Made by a program: the position numbers and the translations under genes
Part shown: positions 61,155 through 64,000 of the stretch, in pieces
Layout: each line of letters opens with the position of its first letter
How positions within the stretch are numbered: position 1 is the stretch's first letter
Source of the DNA: Centroscyllium fabricii
Lineage: Eukaryota
Assembly: GCA_051313645.2 (NCBI GenBank)
Contig: JBNRSN020000003.1
Coordinates: 139,438,001-139,502,000 of the forward strand
Direction of reading: 5' to 3'
DNA: 64,000 nt
The notes under the pieces: model-generated
The model's database searches: none
What the model saw: the letters and a program-made list of their open reading frames with translations, nothing else
Told to the model about the DNA's origin: nothing

Positions 61155-63653
61155 GTGGGTGTAATCTATAGACCTCCCAATAGTTGTGACTCTGTTGGTC
61201 AGAACATAAATCAGCAAATAGTTGAAGCATGTGATAAGGGAACTGCTGTAATCATGGGGGACTTTAACTTTCATATCAACTGGACAAATCAAACTGGGCA
61301 GGGTAGACTAGAGGAAGAGTTTATAGAGTGTATTAGGGATGGGTTCTTAGAACAGTATGTCACTGAACCGACAAGGGGGGAGGCAATCTTAGATCTGGTC
61401 CTGTGTAATGAAGCAGGATTAATTAAAAATGTCATAGTTAGGGACCCTCTTGGAACGAGTGACCACAATATGGTTGAATTCCATATTCAACTAGAGGGGG
61501 AGCAATTTGAAACTCAAACCAGGGTACTTAGTCTAAACAAGGGAGACTATGAAGGTATGAGAACAGAACTGATTAAAGTAGATTGGGATAACGGACTAAA
61601 GAATAAGACGGTACATGAGCAGTGGCGTACTTTTAAGGAGTTAGTGTACAACCTTCAAGAAAAATACATTCCACTGAAGAAAAAAAGGGGTAATGGAAAG
61701 GGCAGCCAACCATGGCTAAGTAAAGTAATAAAGGATAGTATTCGGCTAAAGGCGAGGGCATATAAGGTAGCCAGAGACAGTGGGAAGACAGAAGACTGGG
61801 AAGCATTTAAAAGTCAGCAAAAAATAACAAAGAGATTGATTAAGAAGGGGAAAATAGAGTATGAAAGTAACTTAGCGAAAAACATAAAAACAAATAGCAA
61901 GAGTTTTTATAGTTATATAAAAAGAAAAAGGGTGGCTAAGGTGAATGTTGGTCCATTGGAGGGTGAGACTGGGAATTTGTTGGTGGGGAACATGGAGATG
62001 GCAAAAGCATTAAATGAATATTTTGTATCAGTCTTTACCGTAGAAGACATTAAAAATATTCCAACGCTGGATAAACAGGGGGCTATAGGAATGGAGGAGC
62101 TAAACACTATTAAGATCACTAAGGAGATGGTATTAGGTAAATTAATGGGACTTAAGGCGGATAAATCCCCTGGGCCTGATGGATTACATCCTCGGGTCTT
62201 GAGAGAAATAGCGGTGGGGATTGTGGATGCATTGGTGATAATTTTCCAAAGCTCCCTGGAGACAGGAAGGGTCCCGGTGGATTGGAAAATGGCTAATGTA
62301 ACACCTATATTTAAAAAGGGAAGTAGACAGAAGGCTGGTAACTATAGACCGGTTAGTCTAACATCTGTGGTGGGTAAAATGTTAGAGACCATTATTAAAG
62401 AAACACTGACGGGGCACTTGGATAAACATGACTTAATCGGACAGAGTCAGCATGGTTTTACGAAGGGGAAGTCATGTTTAACTAATTTGCTCGAATTCTT
62501 TGAGGAAGTAACATCTCGGGTGGATAAAGGGGAACCGGTGGATGTGGTATACTTGGACTTCCAAAAGGCTTTTGACAAGGTGCCACATAAGAGACTATTG
62601 CTTAAAATAAAAAATTATGGGATTGGGGGAAATATATTAGCATGGGTAGAGGATTGGCTTTCAAACAGGAAGCAGAGAGTTGGGATAAATGGTTCATACT
62701 CGGGATGGCAATCGGTGAATAGCGGTGTTCCGCAGGGGTCGGTGCTGGGACCCCAGCTGTTTACAATCTATATAAATGATTTGGAGGAGGGGACCAAGTG
62801 TAATATATCAAAGTTTGCAGATGACACAAAAATGGGAGGAAAAGCAGGGAGTGAGGAGGACAGAAAAAGCCTGCAAAAGGATATAGATAAGCTAGGTGAT
62901 TGGGCAGCAACCTGGCAGATGAAATTTAATACTGACAAATGTGAAGTTATACACTTTGGAAGAAAAAATCATAGGGCAAGTTATTTTCTAAATGGGGAGG
63001 AGCTGCGTTGTAATACAACGCAAAGGGACCTGGGGGTATTAGTGCATGAATCACAAAAAGTTAGTATGCAGGTGCAGCAAGTGATTAGGAAGGCCAATGG
63101 AATCTTAGCCTTTATTGCTAGGGGGATAGAGTATAAAAACAGGGAGGTCTTGCTGCAGCTGTACACAGTATTGGTGAGACCGCATTTGGAATACTGTGTG
63201 CAGTTTTGGTGTCCATACTTAAGAAATGATGTACTTGCCCTGGAGGCAGTGCAGAGAAGGTTTACACGGTTAATTCCAGCGATGAGGGGGTTGACATATG
63301 AGGAAAGGTTAAGTAGGTTGGGACTCTACTCTTTAGAGTTCAGAAGAATGAGAGGCGATCTTATTGAAACGTATAAGATCGTGAGGGGCCTTGATCGGGT
63401 GGATGCGCCAAGGATGTTTCCAATGATCGGGGAGACCAGAACTAGGGGGCATAGTCTTAGAATAAGGGGGGGCTCTTTTAAAACTGAGATGAGGAGAAAC
63501 TTCTTCACCCAGAGGGTGGTTAATCTATGGAATTCACTGCCCCAGGGAGCTGTGGAAGAGGGAACATTAAATAAATTTAAAACCGAAATAGACTGTTTTT
63601 TAGCTGACAAGGGAATTAAGGGTTACGGGGAGCGGGCAGGGAAGTGGACCTGA
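61155..63653 (+). CDS. CR1 ORF2 (C-terminal endonuclease part + reverse transcriptase)
   Basis: 832 aa open: YRPP, MGDFN, SDHN, NYRPVSLT, LDFQKAFD, PQGSVLGP, FADD; begins inside the endonuclease domain, so no genuine start codon. Confidence 0.93.
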   Translation: MGVIYRPPNSCDSVGQNINQQIVEACDKGTAVIMGDFNFHINWTNQTGQGRLEEEFIECIRDGFLEQYVTEPTRGEAILDLVLCNEAGLIKNVIVRDPLGTSDHNMVEFHIQLEGEQFETQTRVLSLNKGDYEGMRTELIKVDWDNGLKNKTVHEQWRTFKELVYNLQEKYIPLKKKRGNGKGSQPWLSKVIKDSIRLKARAYKVARDSGKTEDWEAFKSQQKITKRLIKKGKIEYESNLAKNIKTNSKSFYSYIKRKRVAKVNVGPLEGETGNLLVGNMEMAKALNEYFVSVFTVEDIKNIPTLDKQGAIGMEELNTIKITKEMVLGKLMGLKADKSPGPDGLHPRVLREIAVGIVDALVIIFQSSLETGRVPVDWKMANVTPIFKKGSRQKAGNYRPVSLTSVVGKMLETIIKETLTGHLDKHDLIGQSQHGFTKGKSCLTNLLEFFEEVTSRVDKGEPVDVVYLDFQKAFDKVPHKRLLLKIKNYGIGGNILAWVEDWLSNRKQRVGINGSYSGWQSVNSGVPQGSVLGPQLFTIYINDLEEGTKCNISKFADDTKMGGKAGSEEDRKSLQKDIDKLGDWAATWQMKFNTDKCEVIHFGRKNHRASYFLNGEELRCNTTQRDLGVLVHESQKVSMQVQQVIRKANGILAFIARGIEYKNREVLLQLYTVLVRPHLEYCVQFWCPYLRNDVLALEAVQRRFTRLIPAMRGLTYEERLSRLGLYSLEFRRMRGDLIETYKIVRGLDRVDAPRMFPMIGETRTRGHSLRIRGGSFKTEMRRNFFTQRVVNLWNSLPQGAVEEGTLNKFKTEIDCFLADKGIKGYGERAGKWT

Positions 63654-63719
63654 GTTATGGTTAGTATAGTAAGACCTGAGTGATCTCCTGGACAAGTTTC
63701 GATCGCCTGGATTGGGGTC

Positions 63720-63787
63720 GGAGAGGAATTTCCCGGATTTATTTTCCCAAATTGGACCTGGGTTTTTATCCGGTTTTTCGCCTCTCC
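63720..63787 (+). other. Double-ENE-like RNA structure in the CR1 3' UTR
   Basis: Stems GGAGAGG/CCTCTCC, CCGGAT/ATCCGG and CCCA/TGGG separated by two U-rich internal loops. Confidence 0.6.
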
Positions 63788-64000
63788 CAGGAGATCACAA
63801 GGTTCTTTGGGTGGGAGAAGGGTGATAGTGGTACGAAGGTTAGGGTAGGATCAGCAACGATCTTGATGGGGAGGGGGTGGGCTCGGGGGGCCGATGGCCT
63901 ACTCCTGCTCCTATTTCTGGGGTTCTAGTGTTCTTGTGTTCCTGTGTTCTTGTGTCTTCTGTTCTTGTGCTATTGTGTTGTGTTCTTGTGTTCAGCCATG

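Larger units (their letters stand above)
61075..63995 (+). mobile_element. Young CR1-clade LINE, 5'-truncated, with structured 3' UTR and (TTCTTGTG)n tail
   Basis: Uninterrupted ORF2; tail GATGGCCTACTCCTGCTCCTATTTC followed by a microsatellite. Confidence 0.95.

Overview
Eukaryotic, repeat-dominated window, most likely from a cartilaginous fish (HE1-type tRNA-derived SINEs and CR1 LINEs with a shared tail; inference). No host gene is confidently identified; there is one candidate terminal exon at 17945-18106. From left to right: (i) two sushi/Tf1-like chromovirus LTR elements, one inserted in the other's 3' LTR, both inside a CsRn1-like Gypsy (1-8823); (ii) Harbinger-type MITEs, a Penelope-type hammerhead tail and a decayed CR1; (iii) a 22-kb nest six levels deep (Penelope inverted repeat > Harbinger > Gypsy A > Gypsy B > Gypsy C > solo LTR) with every TSD readable (18555-40930); (iv) more MITEs, SINEs, two further Harbingers, a G-rich minisatellite and a young CR1 with an open ORF2. 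The most interesting signals are RNA-level. First, Gypsy A/B/C have no tRNA primer-binding site; each instead has a different, co-varying 13-nt sequence perfectly complementary to its own LTR poly(A)-signal segment, plus a shared hairpin over the polypurine tract, which suggests tRNA-independent self-priming. Second, the young CR1 3' UTR has a double-ENE-like (two U-rich internal loops) structure. Third, two independent Harbinger-family insertions duplicated the same GTT triplet, the predicted cleavage site of a Penelope-type hammerhead ribozyme. All coordinates and alignments were read by eye; no database searches were run.
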